Assembly (NCBI GenBank): GCA_963752595.1
Contig: CAVVYZ010000015.1
Span: 96,001 to 160,000 of the forward strand
Source: an uncultured delta proteobacterium
GTDB lineage: Bacteria > Desulfobacterota > Desulfomonilia > UBA1062
DNA: 64,000 nucleotides
Direction of reading: 5' to 3'
Below are positions 30,117-40,649 of this stretch, piece by piece. Under the pieces are notes generated by a model. The model had not been told where the DNA came from, searched no databases, and saw only the letters and a program-made list of their open reading frames with translations. The translations under genes were made by a program, and so were the position numbers. The number at the start of each line of letters is the position of its first letter. Within the stretch, counting starts at the first letter, position 1.

Positions 30117-31058
30117 ATGCAGCACAGGAAGGCTCTACTACCCCGGATATTCCTTGTCCTTGCCATGGCGCTCTGGGCCAGCTCCTTTATCGCGTTGAAG
30201 CTTGCGTTCGAGGCCTATGACCCCATGGTGGTGATCTTCGGGCGTATGGCGGTGGCAGGCGTATGCTTTCTCTTTTTTGCAGGAAGGTTTAAAAGAAACG
30301 CCTGGAGAAAGGAAGACCTGAAATATTTCGTTTTGCTCGTCTCGTTCGAGCCCTGTCTCTATTTCCTCTTTGAGACGCATGCCGTCCGGAACACCACAGC
30401 CTCACAGGCAGGCATGGTTACTGCCGTGCTCCCGCTCATGGTAGCCGTTGCAGCGAGTATGATCCTTCATGAGAAGGTCACCCGAAGAGCCTTGGCAGGT
30501 TTTTTCATAGCCATAATAGGGGTAATGCTCCTCGGCATGACAAGCGCTCCGTCCGAAAATGCGCCCCATCCGGCCCTGGGGAATCTTTTCGAATTCATCG
30601 CCATGGTCTGTGCGGTCGGGTACAACATCACGTTGAAAAAGCTTACCGAACGCTACAGCCCGCTGTTTCTCACAGCCCTTCAAGCCTTTGCGGGGACTTT
30701 GTTTTTCCTTCCTTTCCTGTGGCTGCCCGGAACTGCCCTGCCGAGAGAATTCGCCATGGTTCCGGCCTTCAGTATCCTCTACCTGGGCATATTCGTGACC
30801 ATCGGCGCATACGGGCTCTACAATTTCGGTGTCAGCCGCATGCCTGCCAGCCAGGCGTCTGCATTCGTAAACCTCATTCCGGTATTCACGGTTTTCCTCG
30901 GATGGCTGATCCTGGGCGAGAAATTCACCCCGTTCCAGTATGGCGCATCGGTCCTCGTCTTTGCGGGGGTGTTCATAAGTCAGGAAAGATCGAAGAAGGC
31001 ATCCTTCTCTGACGAAACGTTCCGGCAGGAAATCGATAGTGATATCCTCGCGGATTAA
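30117..31058 (+). CDS. DMT/EamA-family transporter
   Basis: LWASSF, two EamA repeats, NLIPVF..LGWLILGE. Confidence 0.92.
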   Translation: MQHRKALLPRIFLVLAMALWASSFIALKLAFEAYDPMVVIFGRMAVAGVCFLFFAGRFKRNAWRKEDLKYFVLLVSFEPCLYFLFETHAVRNTTASQAGMVTAVLPLMVAVAASMILHEKVTRRALAGFFIAIIGVMLLGMTSAPSENAPHPALGNLFEFIAMVCAVGYNITLKKLTERYSPLFLTALQAFAGTLFFLPFLWLPGTALPREFAMVPAFSILYLGIFVTIGAYGLYNFGVSRMPASQASAFVNLIPVFTVFLGWLILGEKFTPFQYGASVLVFAGVFISQERSKKASFSDETFRQEIDSDILAD

Positions 31059-31873
31059 AACCGCATCACCTCATCCGGGTTGGGAATCCTGATAACCGCG
31101 CCCGGGTTGTTATGATGGATCCGCTCGATAAATCCCTGCATATCGGTAAAGGGGAGGTTTCGGACTCTGCCGGTATTCGGGATGCGTGCAGTGAAATCAT
31201 CGAAGTGAAAGGGGACGATGACCTCAGGATCAAGCATTTCTACAAACTTCGTCGTATACTCGGGCACGTTTTTCCAGCCGGGGACACACATGAAGAGGAT
31301 ATCGCACCTGTGCCCACTGACTTCCGATTCGATGAAATTTGCGCTGCCTGCATGCAACAGGGTGACTCCTCCTATCTCGATCTTCGGCATGAACATGGTG
31401 CCGAGACCGTATTGGCCGGCCTTGATCGGTGCCTCGTCATGAGGATCGATTTCGCCCGGGTAGGGGACTCTTCCAAACAGGACGAGCCCGTGCCGGGAAG
31501 GAATCATGTGCACCTTTATTCCTCTTTCGAGCTCGTACGATTCGTTCCCTTTGCACACATCCATCTCCGGGTTCATACCGGAGATTTCAAAAAGAGCCTT
31601 GAGACTTCTGCCGCCTATGGCCCTGCAGTGTTCAACGGACACGATATCCGGGATATCCAGGGCATGGTCGAAGTGGGTATGGCCGCAGATGACGGCGGAC
31701 ACCTTGCCCGCTATCCCCGAAGTGTAAGACCGGATGCGGGACTGTGAGGGACGGAGCTGCCTGAAGAGCACGCTGAATTTGCCAGGCCTTGAAAGATAGG
31801 GGTCAATGAGAACGATGTTCCTGTCAACAGCGATTTCGAGACCGGCAGCACCCAGCCAGCGAATCTCTATCAT
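31055..31873 (-). CDS. MBL-fold metallo-hydrolase
   Basis: IRWLG, LIDPYLSR, HTHFDH, PFHFDDF. Confidence 0.9.
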   Translation of the reverse strand: MIEIRWLGAAGLEIAVDRNIVLIDPYLSRPGKFSVLFRQLRPSQSRIRSYTSGIAGKVSAVICGHTHFDHALDIPDIVSVEHCRAIGGRSLKALFEISGMNPEMDVCKGNESYELERGIKVHMIPSRHGLVLFGRVPYPGEIDPHDEAPIKAGQYGLGTMFMPKIEIGGVTLLHAGSANFIESEVSGHRCDILFMCVPGWKNVPEYTTKFVEMLDPEVIVPFHFDDFTARIPNTGRVRNLPFTDMQGFIERIHHNNPGAVIRIPNPDEVMRF

Positions 31874-31998
31874 AGCCCGCACCCTGCATAGGCAAAACGG
31901 GAGGACATGGGAAGAGGGATTGCAGCAGGGTCCGGGTATGAAGGATATCCCTTTTCGAGCGTCACTGTATCTCCGTGAGAGCGGATAAGAGGCATGGA

Positions 31999-32529
31999 TC
32001 AGATGATCGTATACGTTCCTGTCCCGAAGATAGCCAGGATCTCACCAAAAAATATCCTGTGATAATCTTTCTGGGGATAGTTCTCGTCGATGGAAGGATC
32101 GAGAAAATGTTCCGGTTTGAAATCATCCCAATAGATTTTTTTCAGCTCGATGATGAGCTGGGCCTCGGCAAAACCCGGCGCAGCGATTTTTGTGGAAGGT
32201 ACCGGGGTAAGGCCGGATTCCGAGATCTTATCCCTGTCTCTGCCTGATCGGCTTCCTAGTATCTGCAGGGCATCACGGTATTTTTTCCCGAGCGCACAGA
32301 GCGTGAAGGTATTATATTGTTCCATGAACCCGTAGGTATGCCGCCCGGGCCTCACGACAACCTGGGCAAAGGGCATATTCCACATGACGCCGAAGCCTCC
32401 CCATCCTACGGTCATGGAGTTGAATTTCCCTGTCTCGAAATCTCCGCAGGTGAGGACCAGCCATTGACGCGCCCAGATGGTGTGCGGTTGAACGAGAAAC
32501 TCGGAGTAGTCGATCGGTCTCCTTTTCAT
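31999..32529 (-). CDS. Flavin reductase-like (flavoredoxin) protein
   Basis: FNSMTVGWG, VRP.RHT, GSRSGRD.DK, DYHRIFFGEI. Confidence 0.9.
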   Translation of the reverse strand: MKRRPIDYSEFLVQPHTIWARQWLVLTCGDFETGKFNSMTVGWGGFGVMWNMPFAQVVVRPGRHTYGFMEQYNTFTLCALGKKYRDALQILGSRSGRDRDKISESGLTPVPSTKIAAPGFAEAQLIIELKKIYWDDFKPEHFLDPSIDENYPQKDYHRIFFGEILAIFGTGTYTII

Positions 32530-32634
32530 TTCAATCCTCCTGATTTTGGCTTTTTCATCATATCATTCTAGGCCCTGCTTCCAAGGACATTTATTCCTGA
32601 CTGTCTTATCGCATGTGTCGTGCCCTCTATAATA

Positions 32635-33600
32635 CTATTGAGGGAGTTCATTCCCGATATCAATATACGATGAACCCTCATCTCTGATATCGCGGATGAT
32701 GTGTGCCATGGATGATGCACAAACCTCCAATAAGGCGCGTTCATGAGAATCCAGATCCATCTCGACGATCTGGTTGACTCCTTCCCTGCAGACGATGACA
32801 GGCAGCGCGAGGACGATATCCCGGAATCCGTATTCTCCTGCGCACGGTACGCTTACGGGGAATATTGCCGAGCGGTCGAGCACGATAGACTCGACTATCC
32901 GGGCAATCACATGGGACGCAGCATAGAACCCGCTATGCTGTTTGAGATTTTGTACGATCGTCGTCCCCGCGACCCTTGTGCGACGTATTATCGTATCAAT
33001 GGTATTTCTGTCTACCATGGAAGGTAAGGGTATCCCGCCCACCGATGCATGGTTGGCAAGAGGTATCATATCGTCGGTATGGGCCCCGACTACCAATCCA
33101 TTGACCTGTTCAGCCGATACCCCCAAAGCTTCTGCAATGAAATATACGAAACGCACGGTATCCAGCGAACACCCAAGGCCGAATGCATTCATATCGGGCC
33201 AGGTGTTTCTCAGGTACCAGGTGATCACCTCCACGGGATTCGTCACGACGAGCACATATGCCCGAGGGCAGAATTCCATGATATGCATGCCGGCCTGGCG
33301 GGCAACATCCATATTCTTCTTAAGGAGGTCCAAACGGTCCATGCCGGCATGTCTGGCAGACCCTGCCGTAAAAACAATGATGTCTGAACCTATGAGGGTG
33401 TCCGGCGAACTGCTTCCCGTTACACGGCAGTCTGTATGGAGGCTCGGGGATGCCTGGTTTATATCCATGGCCTTGCCTGCTGCAAGTCCATCGGCGATGT
33501 CGTAGAGGAAGATGCTTCCCAGGCTTTTTTGCGCAATAATCGCGGCAACGGATGCTCCTACCGCACCTGAACCCATGACGACTATCTTGGACAGGGCCAT
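32635..33600 (-). CDS. mdh: LDH-like malate dehydrogenase
   Basis: GSGAVG Rossmann motif, GKAMD, TAG..R..GM.R.DLL, VTNP, LDT.RF, catalytic His in GAHTD. Confidence 0.8.
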   Translation of the reverse strand: MALSKIVVMGSGAVGASVAAIIAQKSLGSIFLYDIADGLAAGKAMDINQASPSLHTDCRVTGSSSPDTLIGSDIIVFTAGSARHAGMDRLDLLKKNMDVARQAGMHIMEFCPRAYVLVVTNPVEVITWYLRNTWPDMNAFGLGCSLDTVRFVYFIAEALGVSAEQVNGLVVGAHTDDMIPLANHASVGGIPLPSMVDRNTIDTIIRRTRVAGTTIVQNLKQHSGFYAASHVIARIVESIVLDRSAIFPVSVPCAGEYGFRDIVLALPVIVCREGVNQIVEMDLDSHERALLEVCASSMAHIIRDIRDEGSSYIDIGNELPQ

Positions 33601-33674
33601 AAAAACCTCCTTATGGCATTGATATAGTGTGAATATAGTATGCTGTTCCCTGCAGATGGCAAATAGGGCGCTTG

Positions 33675-35822
33675 CTACTCGTCGAGGGCTTTTCTCACCG
33701 CGAGCCCGATTTTCTCCAGGAAGTAAGGCTTCCGGATGTATGCCGTGACACCGAGCTCCTGCGCCTCTCTTACCCGCTTGGTCTCGGAGAAGCCGCTCGT
33801 GATGATGGCTTTTTGCTTTGGATGGATTTTGAGCACTTTCTTATAGGTTTCGAGCCCGTCGATCCCGGGGTCCATGATCATATCGAGTATCATGAGGTCT
33901 GCTCCATGGTCCTTCATGTATTCTATGGCTTCTTCTCCGCTGGATACCGCAGTCACCTGGTATCCGAGCTTGGTGAGGATCATGGAGGCTATTTCCCGCT
34001 GTTCCATGATGTCGTCCACCACCAGGATATTTTCGCCTTTGCCCCGGTAAGCATCAATGGACAGGAAGGTTTTGTCATGCTGCGATTCCTGGCGCGTCAC
34101 CGGGTAGTAAAGAGTGAAGGTCGTACCCTCTCCTTCTACGCTGTTCACATCGACAAACCCGCCGTGGTCTTTGACGGTTCCCCATACGACGGGCAGGCCA
34201 AGGCCCGTGCCGCTCCTGCCGAATTTTTTCTTTGTATAGAAAGGCTCGAAAACCCTGCCCAGAGAGTCGGGCGGTATGCCCTCGCCGGTATCGGAGACGG
34301 TAAGGATTACATAGTCCCCTTCCTCGATGAGTTCATAACCCTGGATAGGCCTGTCCAGATGGCGGGTCTCGGTACTTATGCTTAAGTTGCCACCCTCGGG
34401 CATGGCCTCTGCAGCATTGAGGACGAGGTTCAGGAGGGTCTTGGTGAGATGGTAGGGAGAACCCATGATGTTCAAGCTCCCGTTTTCGAAATTTTTCGAG
34501 ACCCAGACCTTGGGGTGATGCGACTTGATTTTTTTATGCTCCGGACTCTCGATGTATTCATCCACCAGTTGGTTGATGTCTACCACCTCCATTGCTGCTG
34601 CTCCTCTCCGTGCAAGGGTCAGCAGATCCTGTACCGTGGCAATGGCCTTTTCTCCTGATTTTTTTATGGTGAGCAGGGGTTTTTTTAAGGAATTGTCATC
34701 TTTCATATCCATGAGCAGGAGCTCTGGGTAGCTCGTGATGCCGGAGAGGATATTGTTGAGGTCGTGTGCCACACCTCCGGCTATAACCCCGAGGGCCTCC
34801 ATCTTCTGAGCCTGCTGGAGCTTGATCTCGAGCTCCTTGCGTTCCCTTAAATCACGCATGGAGATGATCTTTGCATGCCGACCCATATAGATGAACGAGG
34901 CATGAGATATCTCCACCGCAAATTTCTTGCCGGTCTTACCGACCAGTGAACCCTCAAAGGTCCCCGGAATGTTGCTGTCCAGGGGATTCATCTTGGGTAC
35001 ATAGCCGTTTGTGTGCTCAAGCGGACAGAGGATCCGGTCAAAGGGGATATCCTTCAACTCCTTGAAACTGTAGCCGGTCATGGATTTATAACTTGGATTG
35101 GCATACATGTGCCTGCCGCCCTGGATGATGGTAATACCGTCGTTCGAGTATTCCGTCAATGCCCGGTACTTTTCTTCCGAATTCTTGAGCGTCTCAAAGC
35201 TCAATGCGCTGTTGATGGCCAGGGCAACTATATTCGCCACGATCGTAAACAGGTTCACGTCGTTGGGCTTGAACATATGGGGCTGAGGGTGGCTCAAGGT
35301 AAAAACACCGCAGGCAGAGTCTTCGATGATGAGAGGGAGCGAAAGCAGCGTACCGATTTTGACTTTTGTCTTCTTGCTCTTGTTGAAGATCGCTGATTGG
35401 CTCACGTCATCGATAAGAATCGGCTCTTTTTTCTGAAGGGACTCTCCTGCAGCGCCTTCTCCATAGGAAAAGGTGTAGTGCACATCTTCTTTGGAAAACA
35501 TTTTCCAGGTATCAATAACGTAGCTTTCCCCATGGGGATTGGTTGCCGCAACGAGAAAGAGCTTGTTCGTGTCGAAATCGAGAAGCATGATGGAGCAGTT
35601 CCTCGCTACGGTATTGTTGATGGTGATGTCCATGATTGTCTGACAGATACGTTTGAAGTCGTTGATATAGAAAAGGATGTTTCCCAGTTCCCGCAGGATG
35701 GAAAGCTGAGACAGCTTGTCTTGAAATTTATTATATACGGTCCTTATATTGTCGAGCAGGAGTTTATTGTCTTCTTCATCGAGAAGGTTCAGCGGAAGAT
35801 TTTCTCCGAAAATATCCTTCAT
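33675..35822 (-). CDS. GAF-PAS hybrid sensor histidine kinase/response regulator
   Basis: GAF and PAS domains, GVAHDLNNIL, NLVLNA, DTGEG, FEPFYT, GTGLGL, C-terminal REC (VVDD, LDMIM, KP). Confidence 0.93.
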   Translation of the reverse strand: MKDIFGENLPLNLLDEEDNKLLLDNIRTVYNKFQDKLSQLSILRELGNILFYINDFKRICQTIMDITINNTVARNCSIMLLDFDTNKLFLVAATNPHGESYVIDTWKMFSKEDVHYTFSYGEGAAGESLQKKEPILIDDVSQSAIFNKSKKTKVKIGTLLSLPLIIEDSACGVFTLSHPQPHMFKPNDVNLFTIVANIVALAINSALSFETLKNSEEKYRALTEYSNDGITIIQGGRHMYANPSYKSMTGYSFKELKDIPFDRILCPLEHTNGYVPKMNPLDSNIPGTFEGSLVGKTGKKFAVEISHASFIYMGRHAKIISMRDLRERKELEIKLQQAQKMEALGVIAGGVAHDLNNILSGITSYPELLLMDMKDDNSLKKPLLTIKKSGEKAIATVQDLLTLARRGAAAMEVVDINQLVDEYIESPEHKKIKSHHPKVWVSKNFENGSLNIMGSPYHLTKTLLNLVLNAAEAMPEGGNLSISTETRHLDRPIQGYELIEEGDYVILTVSDTGEGIPPDSLGRVFEPFYTKKKFGRSGTGLGLPVVWGTVKDHGGFVDVNSVEGEGTTFTLYYPVTRQESQHDKTFLSIDAYRGKGENILVVDDIMEQREIASMILTKLGYQVTAVSSGEEAIEYMKDHGADLMILDMIMDPGIDGLETYKKVLKIHPKQKAIITSGFSETKRVREAQELGVTAYIRKPYFLEKIGLAVRKALDE

Positions 35823-35829
35823 AATCCCT

Positions 35830-36693
35830 CTATGATAAGGCCTCAAGGAAGCTGTCCACCTGGTCGCGGGACGCCGTCATCGTTTTGGCAAGCTCCTCAA
35901 TCTGCCGGCCGGAGAGGCCAAGGGCCGATATCACTTCATCCTTTCTTTCCGGATTGCTGTTTGCGCTGTGCCCGATTCCTGCTGTTTGGCAGAGATAATC
36001 TGCAACGTTTACCATCATGGCTCGGTTCAGATATTCAAAGGGGCAATCGATGAGATTGTGATGGTACCGGATGGGGATGCTGATATTGTCCGGGAAATTC
36101 CATTGTTTCATCAGCATATACGCGATTTCGGGATGATCGATCCCCAGGAGGTCCTGCTCGACTGCATGGAGGGGAACCCCATCCGCATGGTGTTTTACCA
36201 GTACTTCGGAATAATCGCCCGGGAAATAGATGAGGAAGAGGATCTTACCCATGTCGTGGAGCAGGCCCACGAGCATGGTGGATTCTTCCATGGACTTCTT
36301 CGCCGTCATCTCGATCTGTCTGGATGCAAATCCGACCCCGATAGAGTGCTTCCACAGTTCGTTCATGTCGAGCAGAACATCTTTGCTCTTCGGTGTGAGC
36401 GCTTTGAATATTCCGGAACCCAGCGCAATGGATATGATCTCTTTAAAACCGATGACGATAATCGCCCTGGATATGGAATCGATCTTTTTCGGCAGGCCGT
36501 AGTAAGGCGAATTGGCAATCTTGAGGACCCGTGCAGAGAGTGCCTGATCGTTGGAGATAAAACGCGCGAGGTCGTTGGCCGTAGTACTGTCGCTCTTTGC
36601 CGTCACGATAATATTGTTGATAATGACCGGCAAAGTCGGCAGGGAAGTCGTCTTGTTCCTGATAAGATCAATGACCTTTTCTCTGATACTCAA
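35830..36693 (-). CDS. HDOD domain protein
   Basis: LPTLP, DQALSARVLKIANSPYYG, LWKHS, GLLHDMGK, W.FP, YHH. Confidence 0.93.
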   Translation of the reverse strand: MSIREKVIDLIRNKTTSLPTLPVIINNIIVTAKSDSTTANDLARFISNDQALSARVLKIANSPYYGLPKKIDSISRAIIVIGFKEIISIALGSGIFKALTPKSKDVLLDMNELWKHSIGVGFASRQIEMTAKKSMEESTMLVGLLHDMGKILFLIYFPGDYSEVLVKHHADGVPLHAVEQDLLGIDHPEIAYMLMKQWNFPDNISIPIRYHHNLIDCPFEYLNRAMMVNVADYLCQTAGIGHSANSNPERKDEVISALGLSGRQIEELAKTMTASRDQVDSFLEALS

Positions 36694-36983
36694 TTGATCT
36701 TTTCTCCTTTTACCCTGTCTCGTTTCAATACATCACATCCGTTTCTCATGAACGTGTACTGACCTTTCTCCAGCAGTAGTTCTCCTGGAAAACCTGCCCC
36801 TGTGCTTAGAATCAGGGATAAACAGGCAGCTTTCCAGAGCAGCCGGGAAGAGCCGGTACTGAGATACGGGGTCGACATTATGCATAGATCATCTATCGGA
36901 AATCGGTATGAGAAAGATAAATGACAAATCATCCCTTGCGGACCATAAATTAGCCGTGATTCCAGTGGGTACCGGCCTTTTTG

Positions 36984-37775
36984 TTATGTTACTTTTGCCT
37001 TCCTGATGATCCGGTTGAATAGTGAGGGCACAAATCTCTTGAGATATACTCCCAGGAGCTCGCGGCCGCCGATATATACCTCGGGCTTTTTTTCATCGAT
37101 CGTACTGATGATCCTGGCGGCACATACATTCGGGAGCATTCCGCATGCCTGGGCCTCGTCCATGGTGCCCTGAGGCGTGCCGTTAGAGGTGAGGGCATTG
37201 ATGGAGATACTGGTCCTGATAAAGCCCGGACAGACGATTACAACTGAGATCCCCTGATCCCATATCTCGGCCCGCAGTGAATCGAAAAAGCCGTGGAGAG
37301 CGTGTTTGGATGCGCTGTAGGAAGATCGAAGGGGAGTCCCGAACTTACCCACCAGGCTGCTGATCACCACGATACGGCCTGATCTGCGTTCCAGCATGGA
37401 AGGAAGGACGGCCTTTGTAAGGGCAACGGTGCCGAAGAAATTGGTCTCCATGATCCTTCGGTCGATCTCCAGGGGGGTCTGAGCTGCCAGGCTGCGCTGT
37501 GAAACGCCGCCGCTATGAATCATGATGTCGACACGGCCTGCAAATTTCAGCGCTTCCCTGCATCCGGCTTCAATGGATCCTGAGTCTGCAAGATCAAGTG
37601 GGAGAACCAAATGCTCTTTCGGTCCGGCACATCTATCCTTCACCTCTCTGAGCTTTTCCTCGTTTCTGGATGAGAGGATCAGTCGAGCGCCGCTGTTACT
37701 GTAAGCATATGCCAGGGCCTCACCGATTCCGGAAGAAGCGCCGGTTATCCATACGACAGTACCTTCATTTTCCAC
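36984..37775 (-). CDS. SDR-family oxidoreductase
   Basis: ITGASSGIG; YSASK catalytic motif. Confidence 0.93.
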   Translation of the reverse strand: MENEGTVVWITGASSGIGEALAYAYSNSGARLILSSRNEEKLREVKDRCAGPKEHLVLPLDLADSGSIEAGCREALKFAGRVDIMIHSGGVSQRSLAAQTPLEIDRRIMETNFFGTVALTKAVLPSMLERRSGRIVVISSLVGKFGTPLRSSYSASKHALHGFFDSLRAEIWDQGISVVIVCPGFIRTSISINALTSNGTPQGTMDEAQACGMLPNVCAARIISTIDEKKPEVYIGGRELLGVYLKRFVPSLFNRIIRKAKVT

Positions 37776-37835
37776 AGAAACACCTCCTTTAAGCGTAGCT
37801 TTGTTCAGTCAACAGGAGCCTTTGAATGCATCGAC

Positions 37836-38102
37836 TCACTTGCCTTCGTTTTCCTGTTCCCGGCTGTAGGTCCCGTTGTTGATGTCCTGCTGGACCTTCT
37901 CTATTTGCTCGGCACTCAGTGTATCGATCTGCTGCTTGATCTTTTCTCCCTTGTCGACGATATTCTTGCCGCTGAGCTCTTCCACGGTTTCTTTGGCCGC
38001 TTTATTCGCATCGCTTCCGTCACAACCGGTGAGGACATGGGATGCCGCCAACGCGAAAAAAATAATGGCGAATGCCGAGAATCTCTTGATAACAAACTTC
38101 AT
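37836..38102 (-). CDS. Small hypothetical lipoprotein
   Basis: Signal peptide with LTGC lipobox; AAGGAGG RBS before ATG 38102. Confidence 0.75.
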   Translation of the reverse strand: MKFVIKRFSAFAIIFFALAASHVLTGCDGSDANKAAKETVEELSGKNIVDKGEKIKQQIDTLSAEQIEKVQQDINNGTYSREQENEGK

Positions 38103-38191
38103 GTTTCCCTCCTTACACATCGGTTTTTCTTTCCTGAGCGACTTGCTGCTCCGCCCGACGCAATCTTCGTAAACGAGAGACGGACCGAGCT

Positions 38192-39058
38192 TCAGCTGAG
38201 ATGTTTCAATGCCCACCGGGCAGTCAGTTCCATCACCATATGCTTATTTCTGTCCAGATGGCCCATATGCCCGTTCCCCTCGATAATATGGAGACTTTTG
38301 GGACAGGTCAGTGTGCCATAGAGAAGTCGTGCCGTATCCGGACGGTCGATTTTATCCTCAGCCCCGTGAAGTACGAGTGTGGGTACGGTTATCAAGTGCA
38401 CCCTCCTGATGGTATCGACGATGAGCGATTCTTCAGACCCGGGAAAGGGGAAAGCGGACCACATCCGGAGTACCCGGGGGTCGTTCCCCCAGGACGAATT
38501 GACTTCCGGGTCGCAGGCGACCGGTATCTTTTTGCAGGATTGGATAAGGGAAATGTGCAGGCTTGAACTGGTGAAAAAACGCTTGGCCTTTCCCAACAGG
38601 GTCAGGATTTTAATGCCGATGCGTTCCGGAAAACTTAAGATCGTTCTGACTGTGGCATCGAGCGTGATCAATGCCTTCAGCCCGGGCTCAACGAGAGAAC
38701 ATTCAAGGGCCGCCGTTCCCCCTGAGGAGACGCCGAATGCGCCGATTTTTGTACCATTGATGAGGGGGTGCGTCTGCAGGACAGCCAGAGCGGCACGGAT
38801 GTCGGCAACCCATTCCTCGATCGTGACATGAAATCTGTCTCCATCGCTTTCTCCGAAGCCGTGCATGTCCACAGCCAGTGTTGCGATTCCCTTTGTGGCA
38901 AGGTATTCGCAGAACTCGAAATAATTCTCCTTAAAGTCCATAGCGCCGTGGCATACGATCAATGCTGGATGCGGAACAGGGGCTTCGGGCAGAAAGAGCA
39001 CTGAGGCTATCTTGTGCCCAAGGGAGGTGAACTCAAGTTTCTCTTGTACGATCCTCAC
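38192..39058 (-). CDS. Alpha/beta-fold hydrolase
   Basis: VCHG, D.HGFGES, nucleophile GVSSGG, LHGAED, GNGH. Confidence 0.9.
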   Translation of the reverse strand: MRIVQEKLEFTSLGHKIASVLFLPEAPVPHPALIVCHGAMDFKENYFEFCEYLATKGIATLAVDMHGFGESDGDRFHVTIEEWVADIRAALAVLQTHPLINGTKIGAFGVSSGGTAALECSLVEPGLKALITLDATVRTILSFPERIGIKILTLLGKAKRFFTSSSLHISLIQSCKKIPVACDPEVNSSWGNDPRVLRMWSAFPFPGSEESLIVDTIRRVHLITVPTLVLHGAEDKIDRPDTARLLYGTLTCPKSLHIIEGNGHMGHLDRNKHMVMELTARWALKHLS

Positions 39059-39175
39059 AATAAATAAAACGCTTCAGCATGCATGCTGTTTGGCTTATTT
39101 GGTTAGACAGCGGCTGCGCAGTAAAAGAATCTTAACCAAATAAGACGGTCCTTTGTTCCTCTTGTGCTCCTGCTC

Positions 39176-40504
39176 TTATACGGTACTCGTTTTAACGGCA
39201 GACACGTGGGTTGAATGCACGTACTGTTTGATGCTGTCTACGATGGTCTGCCATGTCCACCCCCGCTTCTGGTCGTCCATCTCCAGCAGGGTCAGGCGGA
39301 AACCCTTCTTAGTACAGCAGAAACCGGTGAGCGGTACGACGCATATGCCTGTAGAACCGAGGAGGTAATAGACGAACCTCTTGTCCGGTTCTACGCCCTT
39401 GACCTTATCTTCAATGAATTTTCGTACCTTGGTATCGGCTATGGGAAGGGTCTGCCGGTTATTGAGCATATGGTCTTCGAACAGCACAGTCATATAAAAG
39501 GCGCCCTGCGGCTTGTTGACGATGACACCATCGATATTCGAGAATAGATTGAACGCCTCTTCGGCACGAGCTTCATACACGGCCCGCCTCTTTTCGAGGT
39601 GGCCCTGATACCGGGGATCTCCCAGGATGAGCGGAATGGCGTACTGGGGGAGGCTCGTGGAGCAGACTTCGAGCATCTTGGCATTGATGAGGCTTTTCAT
39701 GTACCGCTTGAAATTCAGCTTGTCCTGATTGAAAACCTCTATCCACCCGCACCTGGAGCCGGGCCAGGGTACCTCTTTAGAGATTCCGCGGAGTGCCATC
39801 CCGGGGATCTCCTCAATCACTTCGCTCAATGGTGCAGTCTTATGCGTATCGTAAACGAGGTTTCCGTATATCTCGTCACAGATCATGAACACCTTGTAAC
39901 GACGCGCGATATCAACCATCTGCTCGAGCACATGCCGGGGATAGACTGCACCGGTGGGATTGTCCGGGTTGATGAGGAGGATGCCCGCAATCGAGTCGTT
40001 ATACTTGATCTTGTTCTCGAGGTCGCCGAGGTTGGGCATCCAGTTGTTTTTCGGATCCAGTTCGTAGGTGAGGTGGTCGTAACCCGAATGGGCCGCCTCT
40101 GCGGATGAATGCGTCGAGTAGGCAGGAGAAGGGCCGATGACCCGCGCCTCTCTTTTCATAAAGTTGAAAACTTTGGCTACGGCATCTCCAAGACCGTTGA
40201 AGAATACGATATCATCTCTGGTTATCTGGTAGCCGCCGCGTTTGTTCACTTCACGGGCGAGGAAATCACGGGTCTCCGGCACGCCCTGAGTTGCTACGTA
40301 AGCGTATGTTTTATCTTCGGACACAAGCTGGATAACGATATCCTTGATCCACTGGGGAACCTTTTCCCCTTTCTGTACAGGATCTCCGATATTTTCCCAG
40401 GTGATCTGCACACCGAGCTTTTTCAGTGCATCAGCTACGGCTACGATCTCCCTTATCTCATAGGTTAGCTGTTCGGAACCTTCGTGGACGATGTCTCTCC
40501 TCAT
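39176..40504 (-). CDS. Class I/II PLP-dependent aminotransferase
   Basis: NIGDP, INPDNPTG, DEIY, GISK...PGSRCGW, PQGAFY. Confidence 0.92.
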   Translation of the reverse strand: MRRDIVHEGSEQLTYEIREIVAVADALKKLGVQITWENIGDPVQKGEKVPQWIKDIVIQLVSEDKTYAYVATQGVPETRDFLAREVNKRGGYQITRDDIVFFNGLGDAVAKVFNFMKREARVIGPSPAYSTHSSAEAAHSGYDHLTYELDPKNNWMPNLGDLENKIKYNDSIAGILLINPDNPTGAVYPRHVLEQMVDIARRYKVFMICDEIYGNLVYDTHKTAPLSEVIEEIPGMALRGISKEVPWPGSRCGWIEVFNQDKLNFKRYMKSLINAKMLEVCSTSLPQYAIPLILGDPRYQGHLEKRRAVYEARAEEAFNLFSNIDGVIVNKPQGAFYMTVLFEDHMLNNRQTLPIADTKVRKFIEDKVKGVEPDKRFVYYLLGSTGICVVPLTGFCCTKKGFRLTLLEMDDQKRGWTWQTIVDSIKQYVHSTHVSAVKTSTV

Positions 40505-40649
40505 AGCACCTGCTCCTGATTAATTTCTCCTCTTAAAAGTGACTATCATTTTTGCGATAGATAAGATTAATAGTCAAAATAGAGGGCGAATGCAAATTTA
40601 TTCTCTTATCCGCTTGGGATGAAGGTAAATGAGCTGCCTAAGGAGGATA

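Noticed and set aside
36893-36920. Possible sigma28 promoter upstream of the HDOD gene (TCCGATAG on the minus strand)
   Set aside because: The -10 is plausible but there is no matching -35 at 15-nt spacing.
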